Assembly (NCBI GenBank): GCA_973895155.1
Contig: OZ316894.1
Location: forward strand, 7,774,234-7,838,233
DNA length: 64,000 nt
Reading direction: 5' to 3'
DNA from: Marsupella aquatica
Lineage: Eukaryota; Plantae; Marchantiophyta
A model generated the notes under the pieces. The model was not told the DNA's origin. It did no database searches and was given only the letters and a program-made list of their open reading frames with translations. Of the stretch, positions 1 through 11,829 are shown piece after piece (the stretch's first letter is position 1; each line of letters starts with the position of its first letter). The position numbers were made by a program, and so were the translations under genes.

Positions 1-419
1 TCGTCCATCCCTAACCAAGTGAAATTGATCAACCTTAGTGGAGATGCAGACTGCAATTCCCAGCAGGAGCGAGAGTGTCGCTCGCCGAGCCTCTTCACGA
101 CTGACTGCAGAGCCAGAATTGGTCCGCTTTGGCCTACGTTGACCCTCAGGCCAATCATTACCGCATCATTGCGATCATGATGGTTTTAGAAAAGGCAAAA
201 AGAGGGAGATGCACCCCATATATTGGTAAAAAGCTTGAGACGGGAGTCCAATAGGCTTTGTTCCGGCCGACGATGATCTCAGACCATAAGACTGAACTTC
301 TCGATCCCCTAGTGGAGCTGAAATGAAGGCGGGGCCCCACGAGCCAGAGAATGGTGATGCCAGGCCCCGTGCCAGGCGGGGCTGTTCCGTGGTAATTGAG
401 CTCCCGCGTCGGCACGCAT

Positions 420-2400
420 TCTAGCTCTCAAGTGCTGCCAGTGGTCTGTTGCCCGCAGATGATCTGCGAAGGCGATGAGACTCTGAGCATCGGTTGCTCG
501 AGTCTACAGGAATGAAAGGTTCGCTTAAGAGATCACGTGTAAAGTCCATACTGTGCTGAGCTTGGAAAATCCGGCGGAGTAGTTAGGGATCGCGATGTTG
601 TTGGGTCACTGAGACTAATCGGAGTAATGTTGTAGCAAGCCAACCTAATTAGCACTTGATACCGATGATAGACGGAAGCTGTGGTACAGAACCTAAGCCG
701 ATTTGAGCAGGGGAGGACATGATTGCAAAAATGATACTTCGGTTGGAGGTGCGCCACTGAAATATACAGGACAGTACAACAACTCGCGGCAAAATCTAAC
801 TATATTGGGCGATGGCATAGATCCAGTGCAAGCAAGAATATTGCAGCTGGAGTCGAGAATTTTGAGTGGCTGCACCAAAGTATACCATAGTTTTGAGATG
901 ATCTGAAGGTCCCACTAATCGAGCTCGAGCTCAACTGGTAGGTTGAACACTACACATGATAACAGAAAATCTTATTTTCAATCAGTTTGTCTGTCCATCG
1001 CATCACCTCATCAACGATTGATTTCGAAACAATTAAAGACGATTGCTGGATTGAGAACACTTCCACGTACTGGCAAAGTACGGTCAGGCATTCTTTACAT
1101 TCAGATGTGCAGAATTATTGAACTGAAGAGCACATTCTAGACGAAATGCCTTTCGATTTACGTGATTCCAGACGAATTTCTTCAATGATTTTTCAAGAAT
1201 AAACGAGCTCTTCTGATTGTGTAGAGCGTGATCTATTGACTTGGAGATAAGGCTCTGCAGCCCCCTATCTTGATTCAATAGAAAAGTAGATTCTAGTCGA
1301 AAGATCTCAAAAGCAACCGTGTGCAGCTACGACGTCATCAAGGCTCGATTCTCCACAGAGGAAACATCCATTGATCAGGATGATTCAGGACGTGCGGCGG
1401 AGACTGATTTACTCACTAAAGTATCTCAGTGATCGAAACAATTCCGAGGGGAACAACGCGCATACACAAAGCGTTGCACACTTGCATCGGGCCATCCCCG
1501 ACTCAAATCCTGGATGGCCCACCCTCAACCCGGGTAAACTGGGTCAATGTTGCGATCTTCTAGACGGTCTCAAAAGGCCATACGTAACCTTGCGAAGGGC
1601 CAGGACACGTTGTGAGCGAATCCAGCCAGCCAACCTGTTAGCTAAAAATACACCAGGGATTGTCGGATTCGCTTCCAGGGATTCCCTGGATCCGTTTGCA
1701 CTTTGCAGGGATTGAAACTCGTTTTTGTGATGGACAACGAAGCTGGTCCTTCGCAGCAAAATGACAGCGGGCATGCAAGCTAGTTGCCAAGGATCAACCT
1801 AGAGGGATCGCTGGCCAACCAAATTTTTCTAGTGACTCACTTCACGGTTAGCAGAATCAACGGAACGGATGTCCATTTGACCTTTTCCAAGACAGCCATG
1901 ATACTTTTTCTACATCGAGGCAAAACATATCTGACCTCCAATTCGAAATCTAAAATCATGTCCACTGGCGCGAAAATTTAGATCCACCAGGATTTAGTTG
2001 ATCAGGACTTACTGATTAAGCCAGCTCGGTGACATATCACCATTGTGGTCACAATCAGGATTCAGTTTACCGGTGGTGCTGCAATCATTATGGTGATATG
2101 TCCTGAAGACTGCAAGCCCTGAAGCTCGCGTACAATTATATGAAGCTCGTTATCGAACATCTAATGAAGTGTCTAATATGTCAGAAAGGAACCCAAAATA
2201 TTGCTAGACGAGGTACATTTGAACAGCATTGAGCTGATCATTCCAGATTTGATGAGTACTGCATGGCCCCCTGAATGCCAGTTGTGGAGCCTGTCAAAGT
2301 CTTGGAAAGTTCCTCAATTGGCATACAGGGAGCCAGGCAGGAACACATCATCGATTATCAATGCCCAACGTCGCCTTCCCCCTCGCAAAATCTCTGCTGT
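420..2400 (-). pseudogene. Heavily degraded plant-type leucine-rich-repeat (LRR receptor-like) gene relic
   Basis: Minus-strand fragments resemble the plant extracellular LRR consensus LxxLDLSxNxLxGxIP: LKILDSSCNILACTGSMP and FSGAPPTEVSFLQ (693-878), NRLAGWI (~1630), NLVGQ/IPLG (~1800-1825), SGMISSMLFKCTS (~2210-2250). Many stops and frameshifts; limits approximate. Confidence 0.4.
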
Positions 2401-5400
2401 CCCTCATGAACTCATGAAAAGAAAACCATCTATCAAATATGCCTTCCCTGTTCAGCCGCAGTATTCAATACTGAGGGGAACTACATCATTAGATAACAGA
2501 ATCGTGAAAGTCTTTTGGCAAGAGTTTAAACGGCATTTGCTGAATCAAGCCAATTTAAATCAAGTCGTTACCGTTCAGTGAAGTTAAACCCGTCTTGTCG
2601 TCCTTCCTAACTTCTAAATTAATTAAAATTAGAGAGAAGGGTCGAGAGACGCAACTTTAAATTCCACATATATTTGAACAAAAGACGATGAACTGGCTGT
2701 GGAGAATTGAATCTGACCGAAGTGTGAAAAAGTGCAGTGTTCTTGAGGACACAATTAAGAATAGACCCATGTCACCTAAGTATGTTCTCGTGACAGGGAT
2801 GCCATGTCCAATGGCTCTTTGCTCAAAGTTTGTGAAGCCTCCTCAAAAATCAGTGTGTGCCTCCGTTTTGCATTGGAGCTGTTGGATTGAATGGAATCCA
2901 ACCTGGACTACGCTTTAAGATTTGGTATGCATGCAAGGCGACGCACACTTAGTCGTGTGATAGAGCGTCAGCTGCTCCATGGAAAGATAGTTCCAATGTC
3001 CATATGTAAGCGAACGAGGTCCTATCATGAGTGCTTTCCAGCGGGAAAGCTCTTTCGGACGAAAATATAGTCGACATAATCTCTAACACAAGCGATGGAA
3101 CAGATCTCGGTGTCCAGTCCTGGCAACATCTGTAGCCAATTGGAATGATCAATCCACAAGTCTGGCAGACGGTACTTCAAGTCACGCACGGATCAAGCTA
3201 ACGACCAGTAAAGGGATCTGTTCTTAAGAACACGTACCTACAATTTGCAGAAGAGAATTTGTTTCGATGATGAGGATGAGCTTCATTCCGTCAGCAGCTT
3301 TCTCTAGAGCCGTTCTAGAGGAGATTGATGTCCTAGAAATTTCGTTCTCCACAATTGATGTCCTAGAAATTTCGTCTCTTTCGTCTCCACCAAATTCCTC
3401 CTCGCCGAAACGCATCAACACCACTCCGCATTCAGCATTAGCACGTACAGTACACACCCATTTGCCAGCGATTCACCTGCTCCAATGCCGCCATGATCCG
3501 GAACTTGAAATCTACGCTTTGCCGAACCGCTCAAATTTGCAACTTTCAAGATGGATGGTGCACAGTTTATTCTGAGTTGAAATCCTGAGTTTGTGAAGAA
3601 CTGTGCTCGAGGGGCCTATTGGTCGAAAATGCGGCGCTCTCCAAACAATAAGACAACTCGAGGGAACACAAGCAGTATATCAAGACCGGCTGCCTTTAAC
3701 TATTCCACAGTAGTCCGACCCCTCAGCCCCTCGACGAACAATGATGCTGACGAGTGAAAGATAGAATGCTGTTCTCCCATACAGCGCGGGCACACGACTA
3801 AAAACTTGGCAATGTGAAAAAACTAAAAGACGCGATCTGGCATGCTAAGCGCACATGCACACAAGAGAAAACTTACTGCCGGAACGTTTCAACTCAGAAT
3901 ATGGATGAGAGAGTTTCGACGGGAATTTATATGGTCGTTGAACAAAATCTGATCAAATAATTGCTTAACGATAACTTTCGTCTGCCAATAAAATAATGCT
4001 GCAATAATGAACAGCCAAGTGAAATACACTGTTAAGAAAAGTCAACGGCACTTCCCTGATCAAGTGATCAAGGAGGAGCAGCAACAAGAAGGACGCATGC
4101 ACAGAAATCGTGATCATTTTCTATACATAGATCGGCCGTAGAAAGATCGAAGGGGCCGGCGCCCTCGCAGCCCGCGCCGAGCTCACTCTCCTGACTTCTG
4201 TTGCGGCAGGCGTAGTAAACGAAATGCAGCACAGCTGAATTTATGATTCTCGTGACTCCGGTTAGCTGTCCGTCAACACCGCATGTTACTGTGGCTGTAT
4301 TCTATTGAGATCCTAATTACAGGGGTGCTGTTCGAAATTCTCGCTACTCTGCACTGTATTGTGAGTTTTATCCCATTCAACTATTCAAGCAAGCATGTGG
4401 CATTGTGGGAGTACTGTAAATTTACCTCCATTTTAGTTCTAGGTCTGAGCTCCCTGGATTCCGAGATTTTGTCAAACGGCCAAAGCTCGCAGCGAATCCG
4501 GGACCCATAAATTTCGGCCAGGCTGCAGAATACCTTGACTAAGTGGGGCTGGACTAGCCCCAAAGGCCCAACCCTTCATCCATTTCCATGTCCTCGTGCT
4601 CCTTCAGTCGCAAACAACCAACAAACACAATTATTTCATGCAACCCACACTCACCGTCACAACATACATGATACATTCCATCCAAAGCCGATCGATCAAT
4701 ATCTACAGTGATCATCAAGACCTACCTGGCTACCTCCAAATTTGCGACGACCGCGACGACGACCTGCTTAACGAACTCGTCTCGATTTCAGCCCCGAGCG
4801 GCCTAGTACCATGCTGCACAGTCATAGTGTCGCATTGTGCCTTGTTATTTTCTGACACCAAACGGAACCAAACATTCCCTGATTCATTCATGGCACGAAC
4901 AAGTCCAATCCAAGCCATACAAAGGATAAGCACGATACACGCCGTGCAGTCAATAGCCCCAACGCGATCTTCCGAATCGATTCCTTCAATTCTGCTAGGC
5001 GCTGCCTTCGGCCAGGAGACCAAAACCACTCTTTTCCTGATTGTAGCTTTCTCCCGTTCTAACTGCTCAGTTCTCGCCTTCCAGTCTTGCACATCAAGTT
5101 ATCTCGAGTTTCATGAATGAATCCAATTCAACCATATGCAACTTAGCCAATGCGCAGGCGAGGACCGTGTCCCACTTGGAACTGTTCTTTCGCCCTCGAA
5201 CGATTTCACAGAATTACATTCCAAGAGAGAACATCGCCATGCACGGTGCTTGCTACTTTGACATCCGTGGCTCGATCATGATCGCAGCACAGGAGGCAGC
5301 AAACGAACACAGTCACACAGTCAAGTCGAATTGTCACCAAATTCTACGTAACCTTCCATTCGGCTGAGAGGATGAACAACAGCTCCGGGAGAAGCTGCCT

Positions 5401-5879
5401 CCAATTCGGCCATCTTCAAGGTTTCGTCTATGATTGTTGTTGAGGATTGAATCCATCCAAATATATGTGAACGACAAATACATGGGACTGTCGCCGGAGA
5501 TGAGGTGGGACTCATGGACCGTTGGACGTGAGGGCGGAGACACTCCAACGTCGAGCGCGATTTCAGTCTGGTTGGCTCCATTGGAACCCAACGGCCGTCG
5601 GATGGGAAGAATGGTATATTTCTTGTCGCTTTATGCATGTGATTGAGGTTCCATGCAGTGCTCCGCCGGTACCTTCCCCCCTCTCCTCTGGACGAGTAGC
5701 ATGTGGAAAAGATTGGAACTCACTGTAGATGTACAGTGTGGCTCCGCCCCAAATATATTCCTTCATTTTGTTTTGGGCTGGTGCGTTGGGTTTGTGATCT
5801 TGCCCTCAGTTGGTTATTTTGTATTTTGAGTATTTTAGATAGTATCTCTATTTCATTCCTTAGGACTACGTGTAAAGAA

Positions 5880-7520
5880 TATTTTTATGTCATTATATGC
5901 CCATGCCCAAGATGCCCTGTTAGGTCTTTCCTGTGAAGGTTCTTTTTAATGTATTGGGATATTGTCTCTTGATTTAGCCTTTTTTGTTCGTAGGAGATGT
6001 TTGGTACAGCCCCCATCTTAACTATCCTCTTTGGACAATCCCCCTCACTCCTATGTTTTTGTCCTTTCTTTATTCATTTGATACCATTGAGATGAGAGTA
6101 TTTGGCCACCTCATTTGTTCTAGGGCACTTGACGGAGTACCCATCAGTTGGTGACATGGGTGTTTATTGGTCCGTAGTTTCTATTGCTTGATGTGCTTTC
6201 TTGAGTAGTTGGGTGCATGTGACTCATATTCTTGCATCTTGTTTCATTGTGTATCTTCAGCAAATCCTCTTTGACTATGTCATAGGAATTGAGTAAGAAG
6301 TTTTCCATGTTTGGGCTCAACTTTCTTTGTCATGCAGGTCTTGTTGACAGAGGTTGTGATGGGCGCAATTCTTGCTTTTATGTAGGTGGTTTTAGATCAT
6401 GTGAATTGAGTTCAGCAGATGATTTATGATTGCATGGGCCATTACACCATTTCCAACATGCTCTCAAATGCACCGTCGGACTTGGTTCAAACACGACACT
6501 CTTTTATTTTTAGCTGTATGGTTGCTGGTTTAGGATCCTACCTATCTGCCAGTCCATTATGGGCCCCATTCCATATGAAGTTTTTTCTGCTTCACCATGT
6601 CCATGCACCTACAACTTGGTCTACCCCACCCATGCCTCCCAGGCTGTATATGCACAAGCAAGAGTTAACTTGTGAATGGAACTAACTAAGGCTCTGTGAG
6701 CAGTCCATTGCTCAACCTACACCCTATCTTTGATCATTTATTGCAAGACTATGCAATATTTTGTGTAGAGCAACAACCTTATCCTCCAATGTTTGTCCTC
6801 CGGTTGTCTTCTTTAGACAACTGGTGTATGTTGCACTACAAAAGGCTCAAACATTCACTATTCTTAGGAGCCCTCAGGCTGTTGATATATTTCTGGGTCT
6901 CGTTTACCTTGGCAAAAGCACTTGGTGTGAAACCCCCTGAAATATGTGTGAATAAACTAATAAAATTTTAATAATAACAATCCCCCAAAAAATATCCTTG
7001 TCCCATTCATTATATGGTTTGGACAAGTTTTTAGATACCTCGTTAGATGTCAATATATAATTTTGGCCTAAATTGGTTTTTAAGTTCCTTTAGTGTAAGT
7101 TTTTGGTTATATTAATAAGGAGCTGTAGCACAACCGGATTAAACTTAACCTCCATATGTTTGCGCCCCATCCTCATAATGCAATGAGTGATTCCATATGG
7201 CTTCTTTAGGGCCTCCAAAAAGCCTCACTATATATGTAAGTTACCAATGAAGAAGGACAATTAAAGCAGTTTTATATAACACCCAAACAGCCGGTGTCAG
7301 TATTTTGCAATGAACTGGTTACGTACTACAATGTCAACTTTTGAAATTCCACGCTAATCCCGATGACCAGTACACTAATTTTCAAGTTTGAAAACATCTC
7401 CACTAACTAATTCCTATCCGTGGTGGATTCACACTTTTGAAAAAGATTATGCAGTGATTAGACTAATTGGTGTGTCTTCCAAATTTCCTTGCACCACGTG
7501 TGGTCACAACATCAATATCT
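5880..7520 (-). mobile_element. Possible very old Ty3/gypsy pol (RT/RNase H) relic
   Basis: Faint, correctly ordered motif echoes on the minus strand: KTAL..TYIVRLFG (~7215-7275, cf. KTAF..Y.VMPFG), DPE / INSLRAPKN (~6860-6900, cf. DP.KI..I..W..P.N), NRASWAWAYNDIKI (~5880-5920). No termini found. Confidence 0.25.
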
Positions 7521-7622
7521 GTCACAAACAGGAACATCTACAAATAGACACGGTCAGAAAACAGGTAGGCATGTGAACAGTAAGAAATCTGAAAATTCAA
7601 AAGTAAACGTTAAAATTATAAA

Positions 7623-8711
7623 TTATGAAACTCCTATATGGTGAATCCACCTATCAAAATTTTGTCCGGTATTTTTTATTTTAATGTGCCTTACAAGGTG
7701 AAACATGTGTATTAAGTTGAAATTGAATTCACTTTTGGACCCCTTTAAATTTTTTTGAACTTAGAGTATTTTGAATGTATTTGGCTCCCCTCATAAATGT
7801 TTAATTTTTCATTTTGAATCACTCTTTAGTGAATTCAATTTTTTCTCATGAGACTGAGAGAAATAAATCTGAACAATGTGCACATCTGGTGTACTAAGTT
7901 CCCCTTGTGGTTTCCTTTACAAAATTTATGGTTTTAATGTTGACTGTCATTACCTAGTGAAAATCTGCATTGTATGTGCACAACTCTTTAGTACCTTTGT
8001 ACTTTCTTGGTCATAATATGTTGTTTTGTGTGTTATGTCATTCACTCTTAATTAACACATATTAATTTCTTGGCATATACTTTACATATCACTAAAAGGC
8101 CAAAAAAGGGGCATGTTTTAGGATGAAAATTAAGAAACTGCTATATGATGAATACACTTTTCAGATTTTGTCTTATTCAAATTTTGTGTTCAATATTTTG
8201 ATTTTAATGTGCCTAACAAGGTGAATCATTTGTATTAATTTTATTTTGAATTAACTTTTGGACCCCTTTTAATTTTGGTGAACTTAGTGAACTTAGAGTA
8301 TTTTGAATGTATTTGGCTCCCCTCATAAATGTTTAATTTTTCATTTCAGTCACTCCTTAGTGAATTATCTTTTTTCTCATGAGAGTGAGAGAAATAAATT
8401 TGAACAATGTGTACATTTGGTGTACTAAGTTCCTTTCATGTTTTTTTTTTACAAAATTTATGGTTTTAATTGAGTTGATTGTCATTACCTAGAAGCAAAT
8501 GAAATTCTTTACTGTATGTGCACAACGCTTTATCTTTGTACTTTCTTGGTCCTAATGTATTTTTTCTTTGCATGTACTATGTCACTCACTCTTAATTAAC
8601 ACATACTAATTTCTTGGCATATATTTTACATGTACCTACTTTTTTATCATAATGAAATACATATCACTACAAGATGAAAAAGAGACATGTTCCAGGATGA
8701 ACATGCTATAA
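7623..8711 (+). repeat. Head-to-tail dimer of a ~520-580 bp AT-rich repeat flanked by a 49-bp direct repeat
   Basis: Unit 1 (~7623-8130) and unit 2 (~8131-8711) share long blocks, e.g. cttagagtattttgaatgtatttggctcccctcataaatgtttaatttttcattt. Flanks 7574-7622 and 8712-8760 match at 44/49 positions. Confidence 0.8.
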
Positions 8712-9638
8712 TGAATAGTAAGAAATCTGAAGACTCAAAAGTAAACATTAAAATAATAAAAGCTAGAATACTGCAACAGACTACAATGTATAACCATTAT
8801 AGAAGGTGAATGCCATTGGATTTCTTTCATCAACTGATGAGATCACATGTTGATGATTAAAGGTGACGGACAATAAATAGTCAATTATTCTTTTTGAGTT
8901 TTCACTCTGTCATTTTTGTGCTACTGGACTATGATCGTGAGCATACTCAGATGTATCAAATTAGATTTTTAGCCGTAATTTTGTCGCAGGTTTTGTTGTC
9001 TCAAATGCATTTGGGCCAAGAGTTTTCACGCAACTGCCCGGCCAACTGCCTAGCTTGGGACCTACTCACTAAACAGTTGAAAACAATTGGATTTCCCAAA
9101 AGTTTCCTATGACCCTTACCAAACAATGAGATGAAAGTCAAAACTAAATTGTAAATGAGAATTATAGGCCATTGTTGTTGCTTCAGATAGAATCCTCAGC
9201 CGTGATGCAAGAATGATGAAAGGAAGTAGTGTCTCTTTACAAAGACTGAGATCATGTCCAGGAATCAAATTTTGTTCATTTGGAGGATTGTCTTTTTGGA
9301 GTTGTTCAGGAATCCAATTTTGTTCACTAGCTTCTAGTACTTAAACCGCCAACCCCTAATTTTTGGCAGGACAAAATAGTACTTTTGCTATGTTAGGAAC
9401 ATCATTGACTAATTATGCTAAACTGGATCCAATAGGTTTAGTTTTGGGGATAGTCACAGTTTAAGTAGTATTAGCTTCCTTTCAAGCATTAGCATGAGAG
9501 TTAATCTTGAAGTTCATTATTAAGGCCCTTGAGTACATAGCTGCCTGCACCTGCTGCCCGGCAATTTACAATTTTTTCAGGTTTCAAAGAGCATAAATGA
9601 ACCCTACTTTTGGGTGGGGTGAATGTTAAGAGGAGAAT

Positions 9639-9712
9639 GGGCCAAGATAGGATTCGAACCCAGGACCTCTCAGCCCCCACTTAGCAAAGCTACCACTCAG
9701 CCTGTGGTCGAT
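9639..9712 (-). other. tRNA-derived sequence with Pol III A and B boxes (SINE head or tRNA pseudogene)
   Basis: Minus strand reads ..AGGCTGAGTGGTAGC (A box, 9693-9703) ..GGTTCGAATCC (B box, 9650-9660) at tRNA-like spacing. Acceptor and anticodon stems do not pair well. Confidence 0.55.
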
Positions 9713-9889
9713 TCATGGCAACAAACTCTCGTGCCGGGTATTTAATCAAAAACACATTTCCTCCAGATCTGGGCAGCGGGCAGCACTTACGGAGCAATTA
9801 GTGCAGATTAGCATTAATTGCCCCTGAGATTGCGTTTCGTGCTGCATAGATAAGGACAGGGTACACAAACTAATTCTTGTGACCAGCAT

Positions 9890-10408
9890 TATAGCATGCT
9901 CATCCTCTAACATGCTTTATTTTTTGTCTTGTAGTGAAAGTAAATAAAATATGATAGCATAGAAGTGCTGTTATATAAGTAAAGTGTCTGCCAAAAAGAG
10001 CACAGTGACCAAGAAAAGGTACAGTCAAACGATGCTAAGATGTGTGCACTTAACTCAGTGTGCCTTATGAATGACACTCCTTTCAATAAAAACCATAAAC
10101 CTAGGAAAGAAAAACATGAGTAAAACTTAAGAGACTATGCATTCATGTTCTTCAGCATCATTTCTCTCACTCGTGGTGGTGGAGCCCTTGGTTTCATCTC
10201 TAAGAAAACACATATTGTGAAAGGGGGCTGCCAAAATAAGTTCAAAACACTCTAGAATATCTAAAACTAAAGGGGTCTAAAAATTAATTAAAAATGTATA
10301 GAATAAAAGGTTGCCCCTTGATAAGGCAGATTGAAATGAAAATACATGACACAAAAATCTGAATAAGACAAAATCTGAAATTTGCATTCACCATATAGCA
10401 GCTTCGAA
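9890..10408 (-). repeat. Inverted, diverged monomer of the 7623-8711 repeat with an 18-bp flanking direct repeat
   Basis: Reverse complement of 10360-10405 matches 8135-8178 and reverse complement of 9887-9914 matches 8687-8713. aattcttgtgaccagcat occurs at 9872-9889 and 10409-10426. Confidence 0.7.
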
Positions 10409-10504
10409 AATTCTTGTGACCAGCATAATCTAGACAGGGGCACTAATCTAGTCTTGGGATACTAGATAGTCTTCATTTTTGAGCTAATACAATAGTGTGC
10501 CAGG

Positions 10505-10785
10505 TAGTATAGGACACACTACTCCAGGTGGTTGATAATAAGTGTGGGCCATGCATATTAATTTGGAAAGGTTCAACTAATCTTCAGTTTTGGGCTTCCC
10601 TAGGACAAAAAAAGTGTGTGAGATAGTGTGGAACACACTAACTCCAGGTAGTTGAGAATCATAGTGGGCCATATTAGTCACATATTTGAAAAGGTTCCTC
10701 TAATCTTCAGTTTGTGTCAAATGCCATAGTGTGGACCACTCTAACTTTGGATTATTCAGAATCAGTGTGGTCCACATTAGTCAGG
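10505..10785. repeat. Degenerate tandem repeat, ~100-110 bp unit, about 2.5 copies
   Basis: Recurrent atagtgtgg..cacacta(a)ctccaggt.gttga.aat..gtgggcca..aaaggttc..taatcttcagttt. Confidence 0.65.
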
Positions 10786-10948
10786 AGGATTTAGATTGAC
10801 GTGCAGAAGCGCATATTTTCTGTAAACATGAAACTATTTGCAGCAGACAGCACCCACGATACTTGAATCGCGTCCCTCCAACATCAGGACACCATAAGGC
10901 AACACTTCACGCACACGTAAGATTGTCCGGCCTGCGGTCAATAGCAGA

Positions 10949-11106
10949 ATATCTTTATAGGAGAATATGAAAATAATTGGTCTCTACTCTCTCCATCATT
11001 TGCATAGCATCATATCTTTATTGGAAAATAGGAGAATAATTGGTCTCTACTCTCTCCATCATTTGCATAGCATCATATCTTTATGGGAGAATAGGAGAAT
11101 AACTGG
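10949..11106. repeat. Tandem repeat, ~62 bp unit, 2.5 copies
   Basis: ataattggtctctactctctccatcatttgcatagcatcatatctttat is repeated nearly exactly. Confidence 0.85.
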
Positions 11107-11829
11107 TTGTACATTCTAGTACAACCCATATTAGTGGTACTTTCAAGTACATTTGTCTAATGTGCATGTACTCTAGGGATGTGTATAGGTGACTTTTGTC
11201 CTATGTGCATGTACTTTTGGCAAGTGTACCTTGAACCTTCTATGACACCTATTATTGTGAGACAAAAGAGACGATGATATGGTTTTGTGTGCATCTGATG
11301 GTGGAAAATAAATAACCAATTCAATGAACGATCAACATTGGATCCCACCATTTTTTATTTTCATAAGCTCACACAGGACTAAATTAGGCAGGATTCAGTA
11401 TTATTTTAGTAGTGGCTGTGAAGAAAAAAGCTCTCATTGTGCACTATTATATGGTAATAATTATATTAAATTATTAATTCATTATTAATGGGATGAAAAA
11501 ATAAATAATAAGTCATTTGGAATCCAATTTATTTGTTTATATTTAAATTAAGTGAAATAAATAGAAATAAGTCATTTTTGTAATTAGTGAATTTCAAGAC
11601 ATAGTTTTATGATGTGTCTATAAAATACTAATTCAAAATTTTGTTATTTTGTTATTGATATACTCTGTTTAAATAATCCTTGAGTTGTGGATATTAGTCC
11701 TGTACATTATGAAGTTTTAATTCAGTGTCATTGTATTGTGTTTTATTGATTCTTCCAAGTTCTGCTTTTAAGTCGGGATCTCTTTTTTCAGCAATTTAAT
11801 CATGTTTTGAATAGTTTATAATCTCTCAA

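Noticed and set aside
2600-5770. Many short overlapping ORFs suggesting a gene
   Set aside because: No recognisable domain or consistent exon chain; could be UTR/intron sequence but cannot be supported.
8825-8870. Hammerhead ribozyme (ctgatga core)
   Set aside because: No following stem II and GAAA; only a simple hairpin.
9639-9712. Functional tRNA gene
   Set aside because: A and B boxes are present, but the acceptor and anticodon arms do not form a proper cloverleaf.
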